This document shows positions 1 to 9,861 of a stretch of 64,000 bases of DNA, piece after piece. The position numbers were made by a program, and so were the translations under genes. This DNA is from Candidatus Poribacteria bacterium (GTDB lineage Bacteria > Poribacteria > WGA-4E > PCPOR2b). The notes beneath the pieces are model-generated. The model was given only the letters and a program-made list of their open reading frames with translations. It had not been told where the DNA came from and did not search any database. Numbering within the stretch: the first letter of the stretch is position 1; every line of letters starts with the position of its first letter. The stretch covers positions 512,001 through 576,000 of the forward strand of contig OZ244042.1 of the NCBI GenBank assembly GCA_965215015.1, written 5' to 3'.

Positions 1-298
1 TCGCAAATTCGGGGATACCTGCGATGAATTCCTCTGTACCGTCAATGGGATCGATAACCCATACGCGAGATTTTGCCAATCGGTCCGGGGAATCCTCTGT
101 TTCCTCAGAGAGCCACCCATCGTCAGGGAAAGCATGACAGATTATCTCTCGAATCCGGTGATTTGCCATCAGGTCAGCGGTTGTAACGGAGTTATTGGCA
201 CTTTTTTCACGAATGTCGTAGCCGCCCCGATAATACCCCATCACGACCTCGCCTGCTTCTTTGGCAGTCTGTATAGCAATTTCAAGTGTTTTCTGCAA
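1..298 (-). CDS. cysQ: 3'(2'),5'-bisphosphate nucleotidase / inositol monophosphatase family (5' part; runs off window)
   Basis: Manual translation from TTG at 298 (GAGGAG upstream): LQKTLEIAIQTAKEAG...VTTADL...FPDDGWLSEE...RVWVIDPIDGTEEFI, the IMPase/CysQ motifs. Confidence 0.85.
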   Translation of the reverse strand, partial: MQKTLEIAIQTAKEAGEVVMGYYRGGYDIREKSANNSVTTADLMANHRIREIICHAFPDDGWLSEETEDSPDRLAKSRVWVIDPIDGTEEFIAGIPEFA

Positions 299-338
299 CG
301 CAATCTCCTCTACTTACCCATTTGCATGGTTATTGGGA

Positions 339-1556
339 CTACATCCAGTTGTCGGTGAAGTCCTTGACGCTAAACTCGGTGGGCATTTCATTGAAATGAT
401 ACCGTGATGGACGATTCTCATATCCGGGAGCGGCAGCCTCAACATCCGACTGAATCCGAGCATCAGCCGGCTTGAACCGGTCCCACAGGATTCGCGCCTC
501 CTCGAAAGAAAATCGATTTGCAAGAGGCGGCCCCCATTGGAGCGTTATCGGGTGTGATCGAATTGTCGAGTCGCGGGTCCCCTGCGGTAGGTTGTCAAAG
601 TCGGGGTGTCTACAGTCATACACACGTTTGGCAATCTTGCTCAAGTACATTGTCGAGAGCATTTTGCCTTTTTCACCCCTGCCCGGATGGAGTTTTTCAA
701 GGGCAACATGGTAGGCGGCGGCATCCTTTTCAATGGCGGCTCGAAGTATTGATTCGGTGTGCGTTATCATCTGTTCACTGCGCCATATCCAGCGGTTAAA
801 TGTCGCTTGGGCAGTGGTTGACAGATGCTTCATATAGCTCCGATTTTCATACTGGGTGAAAGTTGAAAAGCCTCCGTGAATTGTGCGCCGCATTTTAGTA
901 CTATAGTTGCTGCCCCAGTGCAAAATCGGCAGGATGTAAGCCACGCCATCACCCGCATTAAGGTGCGTCTGAACGCCTCCGGGAAAAGGGGCATAGCGAT
1001 TTGTCCGCAACAGTTCGTTTTCTCGCTCCGTGTTGAGGCGAGTGTGGCTGCCGGGTATCACCCATAGCACGTCATCATCGTAGAGGCAGAGGTTCCATTG
1101 CACGTATCTGGGCCCTGACTCGATAATATCGTCTACATAACCTTGCAGTGGTGCACTGTAGGGAGGATATAAATCGCGGTGCCAATGGGCGGGTCCCCGA
1201 TTTCGGACAGGGTTACACATCAACATCATCTCCGTAACCGCTGCATCAGACACGCCCAATAGTTCGCTGCTAACGCCTTGTGTGTTTTCATGAAGCCAAA
1301 CCTCTACCGCGCTGGCAGTATTCTCGTCTATCAGGTCTGCGAGAGGACTCTGGTGCAGGAGCAAACGCGGTTGAGCGGAGGTTTCCCACACGCCGCCGGG
1401 TGGGTCGTCTGATTTAGTCTCCTGTGCCCAAATTGCTTTCTGCCGCTCAACTAGAATTTCATGGCTCGCGCGCAGCGCATCCAGCTCATCTGCCGGAATA
1501 ACGTTGCGTAGGATGACATATCCCTCCTCAAGGAATTGACTACGATCTATTTTCAT
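339..1556 (-). CDS. Phytanoyl-CoA dioxygenase (PhyH) family 2OG-Fe(II) oxygenase with C-terminal extension
   Basis: FLEEGYVIL start, WHRD (HxD), LWVIPGSH, distal LHWG. Confidence 0.85.
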   Translation of the reverse strand: MKIDRSQFLEEGYVILRNVIPADELDALRASHEILVERQKAIWAQETKSDDPPGGVWETSAQPRLLLHQSPLADLIDENTASAVEVWLHENTQGVSSELLGVSDAAVTEMMLMCNPVRNRGPAHWHRDLYPPYSAPLQGYVDDIIESGPRYVQWNLCLYDDDVLWVIPGSHTRLNTERENELLRTNRYAPFPGGVQTHLNAGDGVAYILPILHWGSNYSTKMRRTIHGGFSTFTQYENRSYMKHLSTTAQATFNRWIWRSEQMITHTESILRAAIEKDAAAYHVALEKLHPGRGEKGKMLSTMYLSKIAKRVYDCRHPDFDNLPQGTRDSTIRSHPITLQWGPPLANRFSFEEARILWDRFKPADARIQSDVEAAAPGYENRPSRYHFNEMPTEFSVKDFTDNWM

Positions 1557-1660
1557 GAAACCCTGCCTTTCGCCAATTTGTTGAAAGTTTCAAACAAATT
1601 ATGAATAATTGATATTCTCACGCAGATTGTCGATTGGATTATTTATGAGATCAACGGGGT

Positions 1661-2827
1661 CTACCTCCACGGTTTTATCCACTCCTCCTTAATCTCCATG
1701 CCGAATCCCGGCGCGTCTGAAGGAACCAAGCAGCCATCCTTCGGCATCACCATGCCCGGGAAAGGTCGCACCTCGGAAAGCGGAATACCGGGGTCTGTGC
1801 CGAGCCAGTATTCAGCCATCGGCGACTCCGGCAGTGCCATAGCGAAATGCTGACCGAAAGGCGTATTCCCACCGCCGTGCGGAATTGTTACGAGGCCCGC
1901 CGCTTCAGCGATGGTATATATCTTGACAGCCTCGGAAAGCCCACCACACCACTTAAGGTCGGGTTGCACCACGTCCACACACCGGTGCTCGACAAGTTGC
2001 CGAAACGCATGCCGTCCATGGTGATCTTCGCCGGTAGCAATCGGCATCCATGGCACTGATTTCTTCAACTCGATGTGCCCCTCAAGGTCTGTCGGAATCA
2101 AAGGTTCTTCCAGCCATCGCATCCGGAAGGGACGCAGGCGTTCAGCAATCTGTACCGCAAACTCTACATTGTATGACATGACCGCATTGAGCATCAGCTC
2201 GGCGTTGGGACCAATCGTTTCTCTGGCTGCCGCAAGTTTCTCCTCGACCGTATTCAATCCCTCGATGCCCATCTCGTAATGTGCAGGGTTTGTGACTTTG
2301 AAAGCTTTGAAACCGAGTGCCATGCTCCAGTCAAGGTCATCACCTGTAGCATAGAGTTTAATTTTATCTCGGCACGGTCCGCCGAGCAATCGGTACACCG
2401 GCAAATCTAGCAGCTTTCCCTTGAGGTCCCATAACGCTAAATCTATGCCGCTCTGTGCCACCGCAGCATGGCCCGCGGCACCCAGTCGCTGCATGGAACG
2501 CCACATCAGATCGTTGAGAAATTCGGTCGCAAGGCAATCTCGACCTTCCAACAACGGTGCAAAGACATGATCAATCAATACCGCTACAGAATCACCGAAA
2601 CTGCACGCCCCAAGGCCCCATGTTTTATCCTCGGCGATAATCTGTACCCACACCTGTCCACCGCCCATGCCGGGCATTTGGCTAGGTAATCGGGAGAACT
2701 CCGGATATTTGTTGATAGGCAAAGCACGGGGCGCACTCTTATTCCACGTCGGGCGGCGTGGCTTGGTTTTTGGCGGGGTCTGTGGTATATTTACGCTGGC
2801 AGCGCGAATTTCTTTAATTTTCATCAA
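1661..2827 (-). CDS. Mandelate racemase/enolase superfamily acid-sugar dehydratase (L-rhamnonate dehydratase-like)
   Basis: SGIDLALWDLKGK, WLEEP, ATGED, QPD..WCGG, IPHG motifs. Confidence 0.85.
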   Translation of the reverse strand: MMKIKEIRAASVNIPQTPPKTKPRRPTWNKSAPRALPINKYPEFSRLPSQMPGMGGGQVWVQIIAEDKTWGLGACSFGDSVAVLIDHVFAPLLEGRDCLATEFLNDLMWRSMQRLGAAGHAAVAQSGIDLALWDLKGKLLDLPVYRLLGGPCRDKIKLYATGDDLDWSMALGFKAFKVTNPAHYEMGIEGLNTVEEKLAAARETIGPNAELMLNAVMSYNVEFAVQIAERLRPFRMRWLEEPLIPTDLEGHIELKKSVPWMPIATGEDHHGRHAFRQLVEHRCVDVVQPDLKWCGGLSEAVKIYTIAEAAGLVTIPHGGGNTPFGQHFAMALPESPMAEYWLGTDPGIPLSEVRPFPGMVMPKDGCLVPSDAPGFGMEIKEEWIKPWR

Positions 2828-2830
2828 AAT

Positions 2831-3098
2831 CTTCGCAGTAGAGGCCCCATCCTTTGGGCTTCTTAGTCCCGATTTATCGGGGGTGGGGAGGAAACTGCGC
2901 CTCTTTTTGTTGATTTCTCTGGTAAAAATGGTACACTTGTCTTGTTGGGAGGTCTTACCCTGTTGCTCAACGGGCTCTCACACGCTTTGAGACAGAGAAA
3001 GGGCAATCCTAATGATTCAAACCTATCAATATAGAATCTATCCAACGGCGAAGCAAGGGCTTGAATTAGAGGTTTGGTTGAAATCTGTCAGACACTAG
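2831..3098 (+). mobile_element. tnpB: IS200/IS605 remnant: left-end hairpin plus truncated tnpB N-terminus (3012-3098)
   Basis: GCCCCATCCTT...GGGTGGGGAGGA end-type hairpin, interrupted by a micro-palindrome. ORF MIQTYQYRIYPTAKQGLELEVWL resembles the HTH_OrfB_IS605 start, then frameshift and stop. Confidence 0.65.
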
Positions 3099-3262
3099 GC
3101 GTGGGGAATGTCCCACTGTCTGGTGTAAGCCTGTGCCCTTTCTTTAGTCCGACTTGCTACTGCCAAAGGTGTGCTTCGCCCTGAAGCCCGGAGGGCAGGT
3201 ATCAATCGCTCATTGATTCGGGCAGTGCTTAACAATCCCCAACATGCCTGTTTCTCTGCCAT
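3095..3262 (-). pseudogene. Gfo/Idh/MocA oxidoreductase 5' fragment
   Basis: AAGGAG RBS then MAEKQACWGLLSTARINERLIPALRAS / frameshift / LAVASRTKERAQAYTRQWDIPHA*; truncated against the tnpB remnant. Confidence 0.7.
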
Positions 3263-3342
3263 GATCTACTCCTTGTTGATTCACTACCGATAAGATCGGG
3301 ATTGAGAGCAACCCGCAACTCGGTTATTAAGGCGAATCGATA

Positions 3343-4062
3343 TTAATCTTCGACCACATGTCGATTCATCGCTTGGATTTCCGGTGGCATCCGGTCACGC
3401 ACACTTCTCTTCATCAGATACCACCCTCCAGCTGCCGGATCCATCCACGAGGCGTGAAATCCGCTAGACACACCCATGCGGTGCTTGTCCGTAGTGATGT
3501 TGGCACCTCCGCGATGCCAGATGGCTCCATGAAAGATAACAATAGACCCTGCGGGACCTTCGGCAGTTACCAGATGGTTGTATTCCATCCCGGATCGCGG
3601 GGTTCGGCGTGAATAGTGACTGAACGGCATCACCTGCGTAGCACCGTTTTCGAGCGTAAAATCGGTTAGCATCCAGATACAGTTGACGAGAAAGCAGGCG
3701 TCCGGTATCGCTAAACCGTATTGGGGGAACCAGCCAATTGGCACGTCCGCATGGAGACTCTGTGCTTCTGCCCCCGGCTTAATCCACCGAGCCCCGACCT
3801 CTGCCATTTGGAACCCGGGACCCAGCATGTACGCTGCTAACTCCAAGTACACCGGGTGGGTAACGAGTGGGCTGAACGTATCTTGGTCGTCGTAATTAAA
3901 CACGCCGCGTAGGTTCTGATTCGGCATATCCCTATCCGGCTGCTGGCGCATGATTTCTATCAGACGGTTCGTCATGTGGGCGGCTTGGTCGGTGGGAATC
4001 AGGTTATGTATGATGACAAAGCCGTATTCCTCTAGCTCGACTTTCAACTGTTCAATGTCCAT
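3343..4062 (-). CDS. PhyH family 2OG-Fe(II) dioxygenase
   Basis: EEYGFVII, LHAD, DFTLENGATQVMPFSH, IWHRGGAN. Confidence 0.88.
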   Translation of the reverse strand: MDIEQLKVELEEYGFVIIHNLIPTDQAAHMTNRLIEIMRQQPDRDMPNQNLRGVFNYDDQDTFSPLVTHPVYLELAAYMLGPGFQMAEVGARWIKPGAEAQSLHADVPIGWFPQYGLAIPDACFLVNCIWMLTDFTLENGATQVMPFSHYSRRTPRSGMEYNHLVTAEGPAGSIVIFHGAIWHRGGANITTDKHRMGVSSGFHASWMDPAAGGWYLMKRSVRDRMPPEIQAMNRHVVED

Positions 4063-4124
4063 ACGTCTCTCCCTCCCATTGTGGTATTAACGCCTGCGAC
4101 CTCTCTCATAAGATACTCTAGACG

Positions 4125-4194
4125 AGTGTATCATATCCCCACAATCGGGGTCAATTCTTTTCTATTGACCCCGATTGTGCATCTCAGTTACAAT
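4125..4194. promoter_or_regulatory. Divergent promoter pair inside a perfect 16-bp inverted repeat
   Basis: CACAATCGGGGTCAAT-N8-ATTGACCCCGATTGTG (4140-4179). Each arm gives a TTGACC -35 with TACAAT (+) or TACACT (-) 18 nt away. Confidence 0.55.
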
Positions 4195-4343
4195 ATCTCA
4201 TAAATTTATGATGCGGAATTTCACCTTCTACAATTAGGGAATTAAGTGCACCTCAATAGCAGAGAAGCCTTTAGAGGAATAAGATAGCAATGTATAGACC
4301 GGGCAGACAAACCCACCAATCTTAAAAAAAGGAGAACCTAACC

Positions 4344-5333
4344 GTGAACCAATCACAACAAGGGAAAGCAAAAATGCACGTGGGCGTTCAAGGCATCGGA
4401 ACATCAAAGCCAGAATTGGAATTTCTCGTCCGACACGGTGTGACACACATGGATGCCTCAGTCGAAAACACGGAGGTAGCAACACTGCTGCGACACAAGG
4501 AGGCAGCTGCATCTGAAGGTGTTAGCCTTCAGATGATCCATATCGGGCTACCGAAGAGTATCACTCTCGCTCAAGATCCACAGCGTAATCGAGACCTTGA
4601 TACGGTTTGTCAAGCTATTGAAAACGCAGGCAAAGCCGGACTCCGTGGACTGAACTATAACTTCTGCATTGTTCAGCATCAACGGACGGATAGCACCCCC
4701 GGACGGGGTGGAACTACATACAGCACTTTCGATCTATCAAAGTTCGACAATGACACACTGACCGAAGCGGGGCGAGTGAGCCGGGATGAAGCGTTTGAAC
4801 GGGCTGCCTACTTCCTCGATCGAGTCATTCCAGTGGCAGAGGCGAATAATGTGCAGATGGCTTGTCATCTTAATGATCCGCCGGCACCGGTTTTGAAGGG
4901 CGTCGAACGGTGGAACTACCCAGTTTTTGAGGGATTGAAGCGTTTCGCTGAGCTAGTAGACAGCCCCTACCACGGATTCAACTTCTGCTGTGGGACCGCT
5001 TCGGAGGGATTGGAAAAACCGGGCGAAGAACTATACGAGATTGTGAGGTATTTTGGAGAGCGGGGGAAGTTGTTCAACATCCATTTCCGTAATATTCGCG
5101 GTGGACTGCACAATTTTCAGGAGGTTTGGCCCGATGAAGGGGATGTGGACATGTACAAAGTGGCAAAGGTGCTTCGAGACGTAGAATACCCTTACATGCT
5201 GATGCCCGATCATGCGCCGCACCATCCGGATGATGTCTCACCGCCGGGGGTGTCGGGGCGGGTACGGCAAGCGTGGGCGTTTCAGTTCGGCTATATCATT
5301 GCGCTCATCCAAGGGGTGAATGCCGAAGGATAA
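4344..5333 (+). CDS. uxuA: Mannonate dehydratase (UxuA)-like protein
   Basis: LNYNF, YFLDRVIPVAE, MACHLNDPP, FCCGT, IHFRN, DEGDVDM, MPDHAP. Confidence 0.75.
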   Translation: MNQSQQGKAKMHVGVQGIGTSKPELEFLVRHGVTHMDASVENTEVATLLRHKEAAASEGVSLQMIHIGLPKSITLAQDPQRNRDLDTVCQAIENAGKAGLRGLNYNFCIVQHQRTDSTPGRGGTTYSTFDLSKFDNDTLTEAGRVSRDEAFERAAYFLDRVIPVAEANNVQMACHLNDPPAPVLKGVERWNYPVFEGLKRFAELVDSPYHGFNFCCGTASEGLEKPGEELYEIVRYFGERGKLFNIHFRNIRGGLHNFQEVWPDEGDVDMYKVAKVLRDVEYPYMLMPDHAPHHPDDVSPPGVSGRVRQAWAFQFGYIIALIQGVNAEG

Positions 5334-5627
5334 CAGATAGAAATTTCAGGGAAAAGATTTGCACCGTATTCTTCTTCCCTAATTAGAGTTGGAATAAGAG
5401 GGACTTGCCTCCACAAATTACACGAATTGGCGCGAATTTTCGGATTTTGATTCGCAAATATTGGTGAATCAAAGCGCGAAATGAACCGATGCGGAAACGA
5501 AAAATCTATGCGCTCAAATCCCAATTCAACGGGAGTGTAGGAGTTATCGGCCTCCCCTTGAACTTGAATTCGATTGATTTTCATTGACGAGCAATACACA
5601 GTCTGATACTATATCTAACTTAAGTTG

Positions 5628-5928
5628 CTAGGACGTGTTGACATTTATGCGAGCATGCCGTTATTCACCGATAAGTCCCCAATCGTAGATGCTTGCAGCC
5701 CGATTTCTCGGGGGGCGAGGGAACATCGTCCAACAGGTTGGGAAACCCAACCTCTACATTTTGTCGTTTTTGGAGAATTGACCAAATGTAGGGTAGGTCT
5801 TGTGCCTGCCCAAAACACAAACAGCTCTTAAATCACAGGGCAACTACAAGGGTGGCTCCTACAGAAGCCCAAAATCGTCTCAAGGTGCATCAGATGGGTT
5901 CAATTTCTCAAATGTCAACAGAACCTAG
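5628..5928. mobile_element. MITE-like element, family A (TGTTGACATTT termini) containing REP-like hairpins
   Basis: CTAGGACGTGTTGACATTT ... AAATGTCAACAGAACCTAG. The same termini occur in inverted orientation at 15466-15999. No transposase inside. Confidence 0.7.
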
Positions 5929-6015
5929 ATAGCCTGTAGGTCAAGTTTCCAAACTCGACTGCAACACTGGCTATAGGTTGGGAAAGAGGCCCGACCTACG
6001 GGTATGTGCACAGGT

Positions 6016-6062
6016 TACGGCATACGGAGTACGCCTACCACTAGCAACTTAGATTATTATAG
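6016..6062. repeat. Dispersed REP-like repeat (related copies at 9961-10034 and 15855-15880)
   Basis: TACGGCATACGGAG...CTAC(C/T)ACTAGCAACTT shared with 9961-10034. Confidence 0.65.
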
Positions 6063-6108
6063 CAGTTCTGATTAATTGTAACTTACGATGTACGAAAGGA
6101 GATTTGGG

Positions 6109-6876
6109 ATGTACAAAACTATTGCTTTTGGCTTAACAGCACTCTTGATGCTCTCATTGACAATTATAGCAAACACAGAAATGTCTGAAAAAGCCAAGGT
6201 GGGGCGGGAACTTTTCAGTGATCCGTCTTTTGGTGGGACGCTCGATCCCGCCAAGGTCAGTGGACTCTCCTGCTCAGACTGCCACGCAGATTTTGACGAA
6301 ACAACAAACCCAGACGGTCGGATACGGGCGGGACACAGCATTGTTGGTGTACCACACCGTGGCACGGCAAAGGGTGGTATGATTACAGCGGATATCTTCG
6401 CACGGGCTGCCGGCGGCGGAGGCTTCTGCTATCAGCATTTTTTGCAGAAGATTCCTTCCAATAAAGTCGATCCGACAGCAATTCCAGAGGAACAAGCTGA
6501 AGCGTTGATGGCTTATTTTGAGCATGTCTCTGGAGATAACAAGGGACCCCAGTTTCAGTTTGCAACGCTGGATAAAGACGCCGCGAGCGCAGCCGCTGAT
6601 AAGATTATCGCGATGAAAGGCGATGCACAGAGAGGTTGGAAATTGTATGCTCAGGCGTGCAACGTCTGTCATCCAACCGCTAAAAAGTCGGGTATTGGTA
6701 CTCAACTTGTTAAAAGAAGACCGCCGCGAGACTTAGAGAAACGTAAGCACCAAATCGCAGCTTACGTCCGAAAGGGTGGTTTTACTATGCCCTTCTTCTC
6801 CGAAGATCGGTTATCAGATCAGGAGATAGCTGACATCGTGGCATTTATCGATAAATTGATCAACGAAAAGAAATAG
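6109..6876 (+). CDS. Exported diheme cytochrome c (TsdA/SoxA-like architecture)
   Basis: Signal peptide, CSDCH and CNVCH, lone Cys in FCYQHF, C-terminal MP ligand. AAGGAG RBS favours ATG 6109. Confidence 0.8.
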   Translation: MYKTIAFGLTALLMLSLTIIANTEMSEKAKVGRELFSDPSFGGTLDPAKVSGLSCSDCHADFDETTNPDGRIRAGHSIVGVPHRGTAKGGMITADIFARAAGGGGFCYQHFLQKIPSNKVDPTAIPEEQAEALMAYFEHVSGDNKGPQFQFATLDKDAASAAADKIIAMKGDAQRGWKLYAQACNVCHPTAKKSGIGTQLVKRRPPRDLEKRKHQIAAYVRKGGFTMPFFSEDRLSDQEIADIVAFIDKLINEKK

Positions 6877-6933
6877 GTGTGTACTACCACCCGCCCTGCG
6901 AAAAATCCATTTGATGGTACGGTGATAGGAATA

Positions 6934-7776
6934 TCAATTCCCTTTACCGCGACCTTTTGGGGGATAATTGGCGGGTGGTTTGTGCTCAGGTTTCGAGAAC
7001 TTTGAAGATGTGATAAATTGTTGAAACAGACTCTGGGCTTCAGTGTCAATGGGGTCTTTATCTGCTTCCTCAACCGATGGGGCCGGTTGTGATGGAGCTG
7101 GCTCCTGTGAGTGTGGGTCACTTGATTGGGATGAGGGAGGGGTTGGTGCTCGGTTTTTTTGCAGCTGGTGATTTTCGACTGTTAGCTGCTGAATCTGTTT
7201 TTCTTGCGCTTCTAATTGCATCCCGTATTCGCGTAAGATTTTTTGCGCCGCATGAAGTTCTCGCTGCAAGGTGTCAACGTGATTCTCTAAGCTAGTAATC
7301 GCATCAACGAGCACTTGAGGAACCGGTGCCTTTTGCTCTTGTGAAAGCGGTGTTATTAAGGGCTGAGTACGGTTGACCGGAGGGAAAACCCCAAGTGAAT
7401 TGATTTCGTAAAGTCCTGACCTTGATCCCTTATGCTCAAAAAAAGAGATTTTTACGGTAATTTGTTGTCCAAGCTGTAGCTGCAAAAGACGCTGGTTAAT
7501 ATTCCGGATTACCGAATCATTGTGTCCGACAGTTCCCCTACCACTATGACGGTTTAATTGACGGAGGTAGTGTGTCATAATCTTCACATCCGCAATTGTT
7601 TCCGTAATTGAATTCGCTGTTAAAACTCCATCTGTCCCTGAGGCCGGATGAACGATCGACATAGGAACGCCGCCGCTATCCGCTTGCATTTCCATCGTCC
7701 ATTCTGCATCTGTTATTCTCTTGCAAGAAACGACAAAGTGATATTGTGTAGCCATCTTTCCCTTCTTAATCGTCAT
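6934..7776 (-). CDS. Hypothetical protein with coiled coil and Pro/Ser-rich tail
   Basis: 280-aa ORF, heptad segment LENHVDTLQREL...LQK; no family recognised. Confidence 0.6.
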   Translation of the reverse strand: MTIKKGKMATQYHFVVSCKRITDAEWTMEMQADSGGVPMSIVHPASGTDGVLTANSITETIADVKIMTHYLRQLNRHSGRGTVGHNDSVIRNINQRLLQLQLGQQITVKISFFEHKGSRSGLYEINSLGVFPPVNRTQPLITPLSQEQKAPVPQVLVDAITSLENHVDTLQRELHAAQKILREYGMQLEAQEKQIQQLTVENHQLQKNRAPTPPSSQSSDPHSQEPAPSQPAPSVEEADKDPIDTEAQSLFQQFITSSKFSKPEHKPPANYPPKGRGKGN

Positions 7777-7904
7777 TTTGACCTTGGAAAGAATTTAATT
7801 GCCCTGGTGAGAAGTGCCTAAAACCATACAATCCTACGCCGGAGGCCAGCCGCCTCCTATAATAAAGCATAATGCACAGGACGTAAACTCACGTAGACCA
7901 TAGC

Positions 7905-8744
7905 TCACTTTTGCTTTGATTCCACTCCTGACTGTGCATTGAGTTGCCAGTCATATTGCATATACTGAATTTGTATCTCTTGCTCTTTGAGAAAAGTAGT
8001 ATCTGCTTCTGGAAGATATTCCGCGATGAAATCGATGACGCTATCGTGGGTATCCTCAAAGTCTTCCGCGAACCACTCAAAAATTTGTGAAAGATATAAT
8101 ACTCCGTTTTCACGGTCTAAACGCACTTTTTCTGGATTATTAATAAAATTCGCTGTGGCATTGTCGAGCCGCTCTTCGAGCGTTTCTGGAAAGAACGCCC
8201 GATTCTCCAAAATCGGGCATCCTAGTGACGCACAAACCAACGCAAAATGAATACGCGGGTCGCCAAATTCATATCGGATGATGTCATGTTCAATATCGTT
8301 CAGGGTGTAGCTGCGACCACCAACTTGGAACCTGATACGGGAAAAGAAACCATTAAATGGCTTGACTTTACGAACACTTGTTGTTGGGTAGTGATCGAGG
8401 ACACCCTTAATTATCAACGCATTGTAGGCATTAATCCAAAAGGCAAGTCCGGTCTGAAAGGTCCCTTTATCACCGGGCGCGTTTACGGCAAGTAAGTCCA
8501 AATAAGATTCCAACATCTCCGAATCGTTTTTGAGCCCGGCGTAGTTAACCCGTCCGTGCGAATCGACAAATTTTTGCAAAACTTGGTCAAATAGTTGGTG
8601 ACTGAATTCACCGTCAGTTACAGCCGCCTGAATTTCTTTTCCGATCCGCTCTTCGTTTTCGACTCGATACTGATATAGAAACCGCGCCCCTAAAACACAT
8701 AAAACAGCAACCCCACCAATTAACCAACGTGTCAGTGATCTCAT
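7905..8744 (-). CDS. DUF547 domain protein
   Basis: LAFWINAYNAL, TLNDIEHDIIR, DPRIHFALVCASLGCP, LSQIFEWFAEDF. Confidence 0.9.
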   Translation of the reverse strand: MRSLTRWLIGGVAVLCVLGARFLYQYRVENEERIGKEIQAAVTDGEFSHQLFDQVLQKFVDSHGRVNYAGLKNDSEMLESYLDLLAVNAPGDKGTFQTGLAFWINAYNALIIKGVLDHYPTTSVRKVKPFNGFFSRIRFQVGGRSYTLNDIEHDIIRYEFGDPRIHFALVCASLGCPILENRAFFPETLEERLDNATANFINNPEKVRLDRENGVLYLSQIFEWFAEDFEDTHDSVIDFIAEYLPEADTTFLKEQEIQIQYMQYDWQLNAQSGVESKQK

Positions 8745-8766
8745 CCCCTTTTATCCCAATCCATTT

Positions 8767-9861
8767 TCATGACGCGTACTTGTCTAGAACGGCTCGATCA
8801 ATCTCAATCCCCAAGCCCGGTTCCTGCGGCACGGGAACATATCCATCAACCGCCTGAATTGGTACTTTGGCGAGAGCGGTACGCAGACCATTTTCCGTCA
8901 TATCGAACTCAAACAGCGAAGGGATGGGGTTTAACGCCTGTGGGGAATCTGGAATCGTTGCTTGCCAATGCAACGTGGCAGCGAGACGGATGCTGCTGCC
9001 CCACATGTGTGGGAGTACACGAAGATGGTTGGCACTCGCCATCGCCGCGATTTTGCGGCACTCAGTGAATCCCCCCGCGATGCTAACATCGGGTTGCACG
9101 ATGTCGTATCCACGTCTTTGGATAAGGTCTCGGAACCCCCAACGTCCCTGTAAGCCCTCGCCGCCGGCAATCCGCATGTTGAGTGAACGGCGAATTTCTA
9201 CATAGCCCTCTACATCGTTTGTCGTGATCGGTTCCTCATACCAGAAGAGATCATTCTCAGCGATTTTCTGTCCAACATCAATTGCTGTCCCAACATCGTA
9301 ACCGCAATTCGCATCAACTGCAAGGATAATCGTATCCCCAATCGCTTTCCGCACAGCAGCGACGTTTTTGACATCGTAGGCTTCCCCAAATCCAATCTTC
9401 ATTTTCATGGCGGGAAAACCTTGATCAACATAGCTTTTCGCTTCGTCCATCAATGTTTGGGTGATGTCAGGCACCTCTTTTTTAAAAAGACCGGTGGCAT
9501 AGGCAGGGATTCGGTTCCTGAACGCACCCCCGAGGAGGCGGTAAATGGGTTGATCCAACGCTTTCCCTACAATGTCCCACAGTGCGATGTCCACCCCACT
9601 TATAGCGGCGGTGTTGCTCCTGCCCCGTTGGTACAGCTCATTCCAGATGACCTCTATATCAAACGAGTCCTTTCCAATCAGGCAAGTATCAATTGCTGCT
9701 TGCGAGGGCGTACTTGTACCTTCTCCCCAACCCGTAATGCCAGCATCGGTGCGGATCTCCACGATACCGGCATGTCTCGCCTTTGACCATGTTCGTGCGT
9801 TTGCAAACGGTTCGACCAAGGGATAACTGAGATTGTAGGTTTTGACTTCGGTGATTTTCAT
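8767..9861 (-). CDS. Mandelate racemase/muconate lactonizing enzyme family (acid-sugar dehydratase)
   Basis: MKITEVKT start, SGVDIALWD, KMKIG, VDAN, WYEEP, GGE, QPD, PHMWG. Confidence 0.9.
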   Translation of the reverse strand: MKITEVKTYNLSYPLVEPFANARTWSKARHAGIVEIRTDAGITGWGEGTSTPSQAAIDTCLIGKDSFDIEVIWNELYQRGRSNTAAISGVDIALWDIVGKALDQPIYRLLGGAFRNRIPAYATGLFKKEVPDITQTLMDEAKSYVDQGFPAMKMKIGFGEAYDVKNVAAVRKAIGDTIILAVDANCGYDVGTAIDVGQKIAENDLFWYEEPITTNDVEGYVEIRRSLNMRIAGGEGLQGRWGFRDLIQRRGYDIVQPDVSIAGGFTECRKIAAMASANHLRVLPHMWGSSIRLAATLHWQATIPDSPQALNPIPSLFEFDMTENGLRTALAKVPIQAVDGYVPVPQEPGLGIEIDRAVLDKYAS

